From: a virus
DNA length: 40,738 nucleotides
Strand: one strand, 5' to 3'
IMG/VR virus record: IMGVR_UViG_3300012080_000003
Span: 1-40,738 of that record
Part shown: piece after piece, positions 31,708 through 38,397 of the stretch
How the letters are laid out: each line of letters begins with the position of its first letter
How positions within the stretch are numbered: the stretch's first letter is position 1
Notes under the pieces: model-generated
Databases searched by the model: none
What the model was told of the DNA's origin: nothing
Seen by the model: only the letters and a program-made list of their open reading frames with translations
Position numbers and translations under genes: made by a program

Positions 31708-32534
31708 AGCTGGATCTCCTCTTCTTCGTTGTCGTACACGGCCCAGGTCGGCGGGGTCAGAGTTGCCGTCTGGTAGCCGGGCCATGTGTTCGTTTCGGTG
31801 CAGCGCCGGTAGAGGTCGCGTGCTTTGGCGGTTCGTTCTTTGGCGAGGTCTTCCCACATGAAGTCGAGGTCGTAGACGCCGACGAGGTATGGGGCTGTGG
31901 ACTCCACGACGATGAACTTGAAGGACTCGAGTTCGGTTCCGGTGACGGCGGTGTGGGCTTCCGAGTACCAGCGGTCCTGGATGTGGTAGCCGTACCTGCC
32001 GACAGCGGTGTTGAAGCCCTTGGGTGATGCGTCTCGGGCTGATTTCAGGTCGCCGGCGCGGGTGCCTTCGTAGATGTCGAAGCGGGCACGCATCGGGACA
32101 CCATCGATCTCGGTGAACAGGCTGACCTCACGGCCGCCGATCGTCTCGAGCACCTGGCGCGCTTCCGGATTGGCGAGAACGGCTTCAGCCATTCCGTCGA
32201 CCTGAGCGGCTTGCGCGGTCCCGATGATCACGAACCCCTCCGCTCGTTTCTCCTCCGCCCATACGACCGTTGCGGCCTTGGTGGACACCGCACCTGATGG
32301 GGTGAGGTGTTCTTCGGGGTAGGTGATGACGTTCGCTCCGACGCCGAGCACTTTGGTGTGTACGGCGGTCCCGAGGCTGAACGATTCCTTGTGCGGTTCC
32401 GGGTGATCGAGCTGGTACCGGTACTTCGCCGGGGAGTCGAGGAGCCGGCGGGCGCCGGTCGACGACAGGGCAGGGTGGGCGTGATAAACGCTGTCGGGCA
32501 GGTCGGCCACGATTCCTTCGAGCGTGTCGCTCAT
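31704..32534 (-). CDS. PD-(D/E)XK exonuclease, RecE C-terminal/DUF3799-like
   Basis: RFDIY...GDLKS (D...D-x-K) and YHIQDRWY (QxxxY) motifs. Confidence 0.75.
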   Translation of the reverse strand: MSDTLEGIVADLPDSVYHAHPALSSTGARRLLDSPAKYRYQLDHPEPHKESFSLGTAVHTKVLGVGANVITYPEEHLTPSGAVSTKAATVVWAEEKRAEGFVIIGTAQAAQVDGMAEAVLANPEARQVLETIGGREVSLFTEIDGVPMRARFDIYEGTRAGDLKSARDASPKGFNTAVGRYGYHIQDRWYSEAHTAVTGTELESFKFIVVESTAPYLVGVYDLDFMWEDLAKERTAKARDLYRRCTETNTWPGYQTATLTPPTWAVYDNEEEEIQL

Positions 32535-32638
32535 TCGTGGTCCTCCGTGTCGTTGTCGAAGTCCCAGGTGTCGTAGTCGTCGAGGTCGTACGGGTTGGTT
32601 TCGAGAGGGTCAGAGAGAGAACCGAATCTGGTGGTCAT
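32531..32638 (-). CDS. Small acidic protein (35 aa); not in the ORF track
   Basis: ATGA overlaps at both ends. Product is MTTRFGSLSDPLETNPYDLDDYDTWDFDNDTEDHE. Confidence 0.45.
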   Translation of the reverse strand: MTTRFGSLSDPLETNPYDLDDYDTWDFDNDTEDHE

Positions 32639-33126
32639 CCTTCGACTCCGAACTCTCGGGCCACGTCGTTCCACCCGGACTCGGTGTTGTGGATGTAGTC
32701 CTCGCCGTAGCGGACCGCAAGCCGTTCGAGCACGCGGCGGGCGATGATGGACGGAGCCTCAAGGCGAACCATCGTTGCAGCGCACGCCTCAACCCGAGAC
32801 GCTTCGAGCACCCGCGTCGTGTAGCCGTCCCCATTCGGGAGCTCGTACCATGTCGAGCCCCGAAGTAGCCACACGTTGGGTGTCTCCTCGGTCGCCCAGG
32901 AGTAGAGGTAGGGCAGGTAGACGCCCGGCGCGTAGACAGGCTGCGGTTCTGGGGCCTCTTCAACGACAGTGACGGTCCATCCATCCCGGATGTAGCGGTA
33001 GACGTCGCCGCAATCACCGACGTACTGGCATGTCTGTCCGGGCCATTCCTTTGTATTGAGCCGCCCGCGGATGAGCGTGTCTCCCTTGGTGCACTCGACG
33101 ACCGCTCCGTCTTTGAATTTCGGCAT
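32635..33126 (-). CDS. Hypothetical protein (163 aa)
   Basis: TGATG junction at 33126. The track ORF starts 2 codons earlier, at GTG 33132. Confidence 0.65.
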   Translation of the reverse strand: MPKFKDGAVVECTKGDTLIRGRLNTKEWPGQTCQYVGDCGDVYRYIRDGWTVTVVEEAPEPQPVYAPGVYLPYLYSWATEETPNVWLLRGSTWYELPNGDGYTTRVLEASRVEACAATMVRLEAPSIIARRVLERLAVRYGEDYIHNTESGWNDVAREFGVEG

Positions 33127-33335
33127 CAGCACAGCTCCTCGGGTGTGGGTCGGTAGTCGTCCTGGTCGCGGAGTTCGTCACCTGCTGCTGCGAGGTCGTC
33201 GTCGTGTGCGGGTGCTTGTGTGTGGAACACGGGGAGGACGGGTGCGGTCGGGGTGGGTGTGCGTGTGGGGAGGTCACGGTTTGAGAACTCGGGACCGTAG
33301 AGGATGTCCGCGATCACACGGGTCGGGTCAGTCAT
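33126..33335 (-). CDS. Hypothetical Pro/Asp-rich protein (69 aa)
   Basis: Coupled junctions on both sides. Confidence 0.55.
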   Translation of the reverse strand: MTDPTRVIADILYGPEFSNRDLPTRTPTPTAPVLPVFHTQAPAHDDDLAAAGDELRDQDDYRPTPEELC

Positions 33336-33886
33336 GAGGTCACCCCCTCGTCGATGAGCCCGTTCACGACGGGGAAATCTGACTGCATGGCGAAGTTCGA
33401 CTCGAAGATCGGCACGCCCGGGTAGTTGCGCCTGATCTTGTCGGTGACGAACGAATCGAGGTTCCAGATCCCCTCGAATGGTTCGACGCTGATCGCTAGA
33501 ATCCGCGACTTAGCGGCCCGGAATCCCTTGGTGCCGATCAGGACTTCTCCGTACCCCTCGATGACCCCGTGAACGGCGGGCCTGTACCCGGCCTGAATGT
33601 GGGCGGAGGAGAAGTAGGCGTAGAACCCGTGCTGGCATTCGACCATCTCGTGGTTGCTGCGCCACTCGTCGACCTTCGCCTGACGCTCTTTCCAGTCCTC
33701 ACCTTCGATAGGGGGAATGACGTCCTTTGACGGGCTCCCGAGGCACTCGGCGACGTTCTCCCCGGGAGTCCAAATGCCCGTCTGGTGGAGGGCCTGAAGC
33801 CTTCCATCAACGGTCACGTTCCAGGAGCGGAAGCCGCGAACTGTGCCGATTGCGAATTCCAGCCCAGCGAACTCGTTGGCGCTCAT
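33332..33886 (-). CDS. Hypothetical protein (184 aa)
   Basis: ORF-track ORF with coupled junctions. Contains ...ECQHGFYAY...GVIEGYGEVLIGTKGFRA.... Confidence 0.7.
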   Translation of the reverse strand: MSANEFAGLEFAIGTVRGFRSWNVTVDGRLQALHQTGIWTPGENVAECLGSPSKDVIPPIEGEDWKERQAKVDEWRSNHEMVECQHGFYAYFSSAHIQAGYRPAVHGVIEGYGEVLIGTKGFRAAKSRILAISVEPFEGIWNLDSFVTDKIRRNYPGVPIFESNFAMQSDFPVVNGLIDEGVTS

Positions 33887-33987
33887 GCGGGCACCTCCTG
33901 TGGGGCCGGGATGGTGCTGGGAACGTCGATGGGTTCTTCGAGCGGTTCGAGCTCGATGTGACGAACTGGCTTTCCGATGTCACCCAT
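33883..33987 (-). CDS. Small protein (34 aa); not in the ORF track
   Basis: ATGA overlap with the downstream start. Product is MGDIGKPVRHIELEPLEEPIDVPSTIPAPQEVPA. Confidence 0.4.
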   Translation of the reverse strand: MGDIGKPVRHIELEPLEEPIDVPSTIPAPQEVPA

Positions 33988-33988
33988 G

Positions 33989-34213
33989 TCAGCGACCCCC
34001 GCTCAGGACGTCGAGTGCCAACGTGAGGCCCGGGGTGGTTTCGGTTTCCCGGGTGATGCCGGTTCTCCTGTCGTTCAGGTCCGCGTTGAGCACAGCCCGC
34101 TGAGCGTCCACGTAGGGGTGCACGGTCGAGTTGGCTGGGATGCCGGCGAGAGCGGTCTCTACCTGCTCCTTCGCGGCACGAACACGATCCAGGTTCGTCT
34201 TCAACTTGGTCAT
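33989..34213 (-). CDS. Hypothetical protein (74 aa)
   Basis: TGATG junction at 34213. Confidence 0.6.
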   Translation of the reverse strand: MTKLKTNLDRVRAAKEQVETALAGIPANSTVHPYVDAQRAVLNADLNDRRTGITRETETTPGLTLALDVLSGGR

Positions 34214-34422
34214 CAGCGGATCTCCTCGTAGTCGTCTTCGGGCTTGTTGGTGCGGTCGAGCTCGCTGGCCGTCATCCAGTCGCCGAGGTCGTAGCCGTCG
34301 AACGGGTTCGTGCGGGGCAGATTGGTGTCGAGGGCAGCAGCAACGGCTTCATCACCGTCCTCGGCTTCGACTTCCCGGACGACACTCGCCACGGCGACGA
34401 GGTACACGCGGTACTTGGTCAT
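34213..34422 (-). CDS. Hypothetical acidic protein (69 aa)
   Basis: ATGA overlap at 34419-34422. Confidence 0.6.
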   Translation of the reverse strand: MTKYRVYLVAVASVVREVEAEDGDEAVAAALDTNLPRTNPFDGYDLGDWMTASELDRTNKPEDDYEEIR

Positions 34423-34592
34423 TTCTCTTCTCCTTCGAGGTATGTGTTGAGCTGGTCGACCCCATAAGCCGCCAGCAGGGTGAGGACGGCGATCACAGCG
34501 CCGAGGTTGTAGAGGATGGTCAGGTTGGCGGCGGCGCCGGCGAAAGCAACCACCACAGCGGTCAGGAACGTGACGATCAGGAAGGTCTTCAT
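34419..34592 (-). CDS. Mini membrane protein (57 aa, 2 TM)
   Basis: ATGA overlap at 34589-34592. Product starts MKTFLIVTFLTAVVVAFAGAAANLTILYNLGAVIAVLTLLAAY.... Confidence 0.6.
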   Translation of the reverse strand: MKTFLIVTFLTAVVVAFAGAAANLTILYNLGAVIAVLTLLAAYGVDQLNTYLEGEEK

Positions 34593-34714
34593 TTCCAGGT
34601 CACCCCGCACATGTGGAGGATGATCAGCGAGAGCGCGATGGCGGCGAGGAGGACACCGCCGAGGAACACGGTGATGGGTGTCCAGTCGGGTCGTCCGGGC
34701 TTGTAGGCGTTCAT
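34589..34714 (-). CDS. Mini membrane protein (41 aa, 1 TM); not in the ORF track
   Basis: ATGA overlaps at both ends. Product is MNAYKPGRPDWTPITVFLGGVLLAAIALSLIILHMCGVTWK. Confidence 0.5.
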   Translation of the reverse strand: MNAYKPGRPDWTPITVFLGGVLLAAIALSLIILHMCGVTWK

Positions 34715-34845
34715 CCCCACACCGCCTTCACCACAGTGCAGACGACCCAGGCGGCGGCGAGGACGAGCACCCCGGCGGTGGCACCGACCGCGATCACGGC
34801 CACCCGTCCAGCGCCTGGGTTCTCAGGTGTGTAGTCGTGTCTCAT
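34711..34845 (-). CDS. Mini membrane protein (44 aa, 1 TM); not in the ORF track
   Basis: TGATG junction at 34845. Product is MRHDYTPENPGAGRVAVIAVGATAGVLVLAAAWVVCTVVKAVWG. Confidence 0.5.
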   Translation of the reverse strand: MRHDYTPENPGAGRVAVIAVGATAGVLVLAAAWVVCTVVKAVWG

Positions 34846-35120
34846 CACGACTCCCCGAGAATCGCCTCAGCGAGGTGAATCGCGTCGACGGTTGAGGCGG
34901 GCTCGTCCGGCGTGGTTCCTTCGTCGAGGTCCTTCGCTCCGCCGCGTGCGCCGTTCAGGATCCGCAGTTGGGCGTCGATGGTGCGATGCAGGGTGACAGC
35001 CAGTTCCAGCCCCCGGTATGCGCGGGCGGAGATGCCGTCTGCCATCTTCGGCGCATCGCTCTCCGCCCTAAGAGCTTCGAGCTTGTCGATCGCTGCTGCG
35101 ATGGTTTCTGCGGCGTTCAT
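34845..35120 (-). CDS. Hypothetical protein (91 aa)
   Basis: ORF-track ORF with coupled junctions. Confidence 0.6.
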   Translation of the reverse strand: MNAAETIAAAIDKLEALRAESDAPKMADGISARAYRGLELAVTLHRTIDAQLRILNGARGGAKDLDEGTTPDEPASTVDAIHLAEAILGES

Positions 35121-35317
35121 CGGGACACCTCGCGGATATCGAAACGGACCTCGAACTTCGCGACCGGCTCATTGGTGTCGAGCGAGTACTGCGTGAGGAT
35201 CGCGAAGGGACCATCGACGTCCACGTCGAGTTCGTCGTCATAGGCCACATCAACGAGTGCGACCGCGAGGGCCTCTTTCAGTCGCCGCTCAAGCTCGTCG
35301 TGTTCGAACTTGCTCAT
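35117..35317 (-). CDS. Hypothetical acidic protein (66 aa)
   Basis: ATG 35317 overlaps the stop of the 33-aa ORF (ATGA). The track ORF starts 2 codons earlier, at a GTG. Confidence 0.6.
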   Translation of the reverse strand: MSKFEHDELERRLKEALAVALVDVAYDDELDVDVDGPFAILTQYSLDTNEPVAKFEVRFDIREVSR

Positions 35318-35415
35318 GAGCACTGCTCCTCTACTTCGTAGTCGACCGTGTCGACCGGGGGAATGAACGTGGACCGCGGAAACAACGGCAGAACGATCTG
35401 GGCGTGCTTACTCAT
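35314..35415 (-). CDS. Small protein (33 aa); not in the ORF track
   Basis: ATGA overlaps at both ends. Product is MSKHAQIVLPLFPRSTFIPPVDTVDYEVEEQCS. Confidence 0.4.
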   Translation of the reverse strand: MSKHAQIVLPLFPRSTFIPPVDTVDYEVEEQCS

Positions 35416-35504
35416 CGCGACCTCCTACGCAGGGCGATGAACACAGCACCTGTAGCGAGTCCGAGTGCAAGGCCGAGTGCAAGGCCCATCAGGAGAGACA
35501 TCAT
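35412..35504 (-). CDS. Mini membrane protein (30 aa, 1 TM)
   Basis: ATGA overlap at 35501-35504. Product is MMSLLMGLALGLALGLATGAVFIALRRRSR. The track ORF 35412..35630 was trimmed. Confidence 0.45.
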   Translation of the reverse strand: MMSLLMGLALGLALGLATGAVFIALRRRSR

Positions 35505-35608
35505 CGGAATGCCTTCCTCTCGATCAGGTGCAACCAGACCGTCACAGCCACGAACACCACACCCGTCGCCGTCACAGCACCCGCAGCGAAAAACCTGAAC
35601 GTGCGCAT
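35501..35608 (-). CDS. Mini membrane protein (35 aa, 1 TM)
   Basis: TGATG junction at 35608. Product is MRTFRFFAAGAVTATGVVFVAVTVWLHLIERKAFR. The track ORF 35501..35764 was trimmed. Confidence 0.45.
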   Translation of the reverse strand: MRTFRFFAAGAVTATGVVFVAVTVWLHLIERKAFR

Positions 35609-35736
35609 CACGGCACCTGCCTTTCGACACCGCACCGCGAACACTGCTCGAAGCGATACCCGCCGAACACGAACGAGTACTGCACCGAGTAGTCCCAACG
35701 GTGACGACCGATCCGGCACATCCACCGGCCGATCAC
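35608..35736 (-). CDS. Small Cys protein (42 aa), C...GH.W...CxRCG type; not in the ORF track
   Basis: GTGA overlap at 35733-35736. Product is VIGRWMCRIGRHRWDYSVQYSFVFGGYRFEQCSRCGVERQVP. Confidence 0.5.
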   Translation of the reverse strand: MIGRWMCRIGRHRWDYSVQYSFVFGGYRFEQCSRCGVERQVP

Positions 35737-35954
35737 GAGGACACCGCCACACGGACGTCAGCACGAATCAGTGCCGCACCGAGACGAGCGGTAGGGACGA
35801 CCTCCTGCTCAGCGAGGCGCTCCCACAACTGACCGTCAACGATCTGCCCCACGACCTTCGTCGTGTCAGCGTGGTTCCAAGCGAACTCACGACACTCGCG
35901 CTTCGGCTTGGCGATCAGTTCACGGCCATGGGTGGAAACGATCGGCGCGGTCAT
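35733..35954 (-). CDS. Hypothetical protein (73 aa)
   Basis: ATGA overlap at 35951-35954. Confidence 0.6.
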   Translation of the reverse strand: MTAPIVSTHGRELIAKPKRECREFAWNHADTTKVVGQIVDGQLWERLAEQEVVPTARLGAALIRADVRVAVSS

Positions 35955-36238
35955 GACGCCACCGCCTCACCGTTGATGTCCGTCACATGGGCGAGATGGT
36001 CCTCGAGTTCGTCGATTCGCCGCGCCTGTTCCACGACCAGCGGGACAGGGAACACGACAGGGAGGGACTTGACGATGACGTACTCGACGCCCGAACTCTC
36101 TCCCGCCTCGACAGCCGAGGACCGCGAGAGGTATCCAGTAGCCCGGCCAATGGTGGCGCCCGGCCAGAGAATCGGATCGCCAGTGAAAGGGTCATCCGCA
36201 GAATCGAGCGCGAGCGCGCGGTACAGGAAGGTGCTCAT
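35951..36238 (-). CDS. Hypothetical protein (95 aa)
   Basis: ATG 36238 overlaps the antirepressor stop (ATGA). The track ORF 35951..36289 was trimmed. Confidence 0.6.
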   Translation of the reverse strand: MSTFLYRALALDSADDPFTGDPILWPGATIGRATGYLSRSSAVEAGESSGVEYVIVKSLPVVFPVPLVVEQARRIDELEDHLAHVTDINGEAVAS

Positions 36239-36984
36239 GACGCACTCCTCTCCGTGCTGGCGAGACGAGAGAGCGTGTCCACCAGCCACTCGAAGTGCTC
36301 AGGCTTCACCTTCGTCGTGTAGTCCGTGACGATGTCGCCGGCGCTGTTCTTGTGAGTCGAGGGAACCTCCTCGAACCGGTGCGCGTGATGCTGCATCGGT
36401 GACGTGTTCCACCGCTGGATGATGTGCGCATCCCGAAGAAGCCGGAACGCAGTAGTGCGGCCGACCCCTGCACGCCGGGCGGCAACCTCGATCTTGATCA
36501 GAGACGACGAGTTCAGGAACCGGTTGAACGCCTCCACCTTCGGGGCGTCATCAGCAACCCTCGCCGTCAACTCGTGGACCTGAGCCTGGAACGTCAACGC
36601 AGCCTGCAGGACGAGCGCGGCACCCTCAGGCGTAGTCGCGTCCAGCTCGGTTCTCGCGTTGTAGCCGCCGGTTCTCCTGATCTCGGGGAGGACAGTGTCA
36701 GTGACCCAGTCCTGGACCTTCTCGGCGTTGGCGGCGTTGCTGCGGAGCAAGAGCCGGTAGAGGCCCTTCTCGTTGGCGACCAGCATTGTCTGGGGGCCGC
36801 TAGGGGTACTCACTTCGGAGTACCCCTTCTGTCCGTCCTTGAGGAGCCGGGATGCGTTCGCCGCGTCGCGGTATCCGAGGATCCGGGCGAGGTCTGCTAC
36901 GACGAACCACGGCTCGTCGTTCACTACCTCGACCCTTACTGTCACCTCCTCGAAGGTGAACGGTAGAATCTCTGTGTTGGGCAC
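36235..36984 (-). CDS. Phage antirepressor (Bro-N domain plus KilA-C/ANT-like C-terminus)
   Basis: FTFEE..VRVEVVNDEPWFVVADLARILGYRD (Bro-N signature). The C-terminal part has an HTH-like AARRAGVGRTTAFRLLRD. The preferred start is GTG 36984 (AAAGG RBS); the track start at 37023 has no RBS. Confidence 0.8.
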   Translation of the reverse strand: MPNTEILPFTFEEVTVRVEVVNDEPWFVVADLARILGYRDAANASRLLKDGQKGYSEVSTPSGPQTMLVANEKGLYRLLLRSNAANAEKVQDWVTDTVLPEIRRTGGYNARTELDATTPEGAALVLQAALTFQAQVHELTARVADDAPKVEAFNRFLNSSSLIKIEVAARRAGVGRTTAFRLLRDAHIIQRWNTSPMQHHAHRFEEVPSTHKNSAGDIVTDYTTKVKPEHFEWLVDTLSRLASTERSAS

Positions 36985-37069
36985 TATCTCTGCCTTTCTT
37001 TGACTCGCCTCCGGTCTTGCCACCGGGGGCGTTTCTTCGTTGTGGGGACTGAGCAGCTTCGGGCGAAAC

Positions 37070-37285
37070 TCAGGCGTCCGGGTCGTGCACCGGTGCGGAA
37101 TCCCGCCACCGCTGGGCTTCCTCCGGGGTGATGACCTGCTTTCCGCCGAGGATGATCGCGAACAGTCGCTTGCCGCGGATCTCGTCGCGAACCTTGGACT
37201 CGCTGATGCCTGCGGAACTCGCGAGTTCGGCGACGCTGTAGGCGAGGGCCGGCTTCTCGCCGGGCGGTCTCTGCGAAACCGTCAT
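37070..37285 (-). CDS. Excisionase-family helix-turn-helix DNA-binding protein (71 aa), Xis candidate
   Basis: YSVAELASSAGISESKVRDEIRGKRL...VITPEEAQRW is typical of the MerR/AlpA-like excisionase HTH. Confidence 0.65.
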   Translation of the reverse strand: MTVSQRPPGEKPALAYSVAELASSAGISESKVRDEIRGKRLFAIILGGKQVITPEEAQRWRDSAPVHDPDA

Positions 37286-37509
37286 TCGTTGACTCCTTCG
37301 TAGAAGGTGGATGGGTGGACATGAAGAAAGCCGCCGACAGCGACCAGGTCCTCGAACGGGTAGTCCGGCGCGTCAGGGGTGACGCGTGCGGACATGTCCG
37401 AGGTGGTCGTGTCGGCGGCTAGTGCGACGCTCTCGAGAGAGGCGCCGGCGGAGATGATCGCGTCAGCGAGGTTCGCTGCGATCGTCTCGGCGGTTCTTCT
37501 GGGGTGCAT
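37282..37509 (-). CDS. Cro-like first early gene (75 aa), weak HTH
   Basis: Divergent from the repressor gene. ATG 37509 lies 6 nt after a TAAAGT -10 box (leaderless). ATGA overlap with the next gene. Confidence 0.6.
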   Translation of the reverse strand: MHPRRTAETIAANLADAIISAGASLESVALAADTTTSDMSARVTPDAPDYPFEDLVAVGGFLHVHPSTFYEGVNE

Positions 37510-37515
37510 AGTTAC

Positions 37516-37544
37516 ACTTTAGGGGTAAAAAGTTACCCTTGCAA
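37516..37544 (-). promoter_or_regulatory. Early (lytic) promoter with a palindromic operator filling the spacer
   Basis: On the minus strand: -35 TTGCAA (37539-37544), a 17-nt spacer, -10 TAAAGT (37516-21), then ATG 37509. The palindrome GGGTAA-AAAG-TTACCC (37523-37538) lies inside the spacer. Confidence 0.6.
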
Positions 37545-37589
37545 GCCCATTGAGGCACATCGGGCGCATATTTCTGCATTCGGGGTGGA

Positions 37590-37595
37590 TATAGT
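37590..37595 (+). promoter_or_regulatory. -10 box of the repressor promoter (leaderless GTG start)
   Basis: TATAGT lies 6 nt before GTG 37602. No RBS is present upstream. ATAGTTGC (37591-37598) repeats the ATAGTTAC seen at 37508-37515. Confidence 0.45.
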
Positions 37596-37601
37596 TGCCT
37601 C

Positions 37602-38018
37602 GTGGAAGAGGCAGAGAAGGACTTACTGAACCGTGCGATGGCTGACATCATCAAGGGCGCACGCAACACCGAGGGCATGACGCAGAGGGAACTCGCGACC
37701 GCCTCAGGCGTGAACTACGAGACGTTCAAGAACATCGAGAAAGCGCAGCACAAGATCTCCGTGCTGCAGATCGTGCAGATCGCCGAAGCAGTGCACATCG
37801 CCCCGAAAGACTTCGTCGACCGCGCAATGTCCCGATACGAGGAACTGCTCCGCCGGGCCGGAATGTCGGCGGGGTCGACTACATCTTCTACTAACGACAA
37901 GACGGATGACCCGCGCGAGATGGACGCGGGCGAGCTCGACAACCTCCGCCAAGGCGACGTCGCTTTGGCCGCTCACCCGAACGACCCGGAGAGCGAGCAG
38001 GACGAGCAGTACCAGTAG
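37602..38018 (+). CDS. Xre/CI-type HTH repressor (ImmR-like)
   Basis: MTQRELATASGVNYETFKNIEKAQHKISVLQIVQIAEAV is a classic HTH_3 sequence, followed by a long acidic tail. The start is GTG 37602, or possibly the internal ATG at 37638. Confidence 0.85.
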   Translation: MEEAEKDLLNRAMADIIKGARNTEGMTQRELATASGVNYETFKNIEKAQHKISVLQIVQIAEAVHIAPKDFVDRAMSRYEELLRRAGMSAGSTTSSTNDKTDDPREMDAGELDNLRQGDVALAAHPNDPESEQDEQYQ

Positions 38019-38028
38019 GGGAGAAACG

Positions 38029-38397
38029 GTGGGCGAATATGACCCGTACGCAGATGCAGAAGAACACCGCATTGAGGTCATACACCGGCCCATCAGAACC
38101 GCGAACGGGTTCTGGCTACCAGACCACAACCTGATCGTCATCCGCTCAGGCATGCGAGCCGTGCACGACCGATCCACACTGGCCCATGAACTCGCCCACG
38201 CAAAACTCGGCCACCGCGACGACCGCCCCAAACATGAAGTGTTGGCGGATCGTGCGGCAGCCGAGTGGATGATCGACTACGACGAGTGCGTGGCGACCAT
38301 GAAGTGGTGCCCGGACGCTCATCGTCTCGCTATGGAGTTGGGGGTTTCGACTCGATTGCTAAGGGTGTTCCTGAATGTGCACCGCCTGGCGAGCTGA
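38029..38397 (+). CDS. ImmA/IrrE-family zinc metallopeptidase (anti-repressor protease)
   Basis: HELAHAKLGH (HEXXH) motif. GGGGAGA RBS precedes GTG 38029. Lies directly downstream of the Xre gene. Confidence 0.85.
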   Translation: MGEYDPYADAEEHRIEVIHRPIRTANGFWLPDHNLIVIRSGMRAVHDRSTLAHELAHAKLGHRDDRPKHEVLADRAAAEWMIDYDECVATMKWCPDAHRLAMELGVSTRLLRVFLNVHRLAS

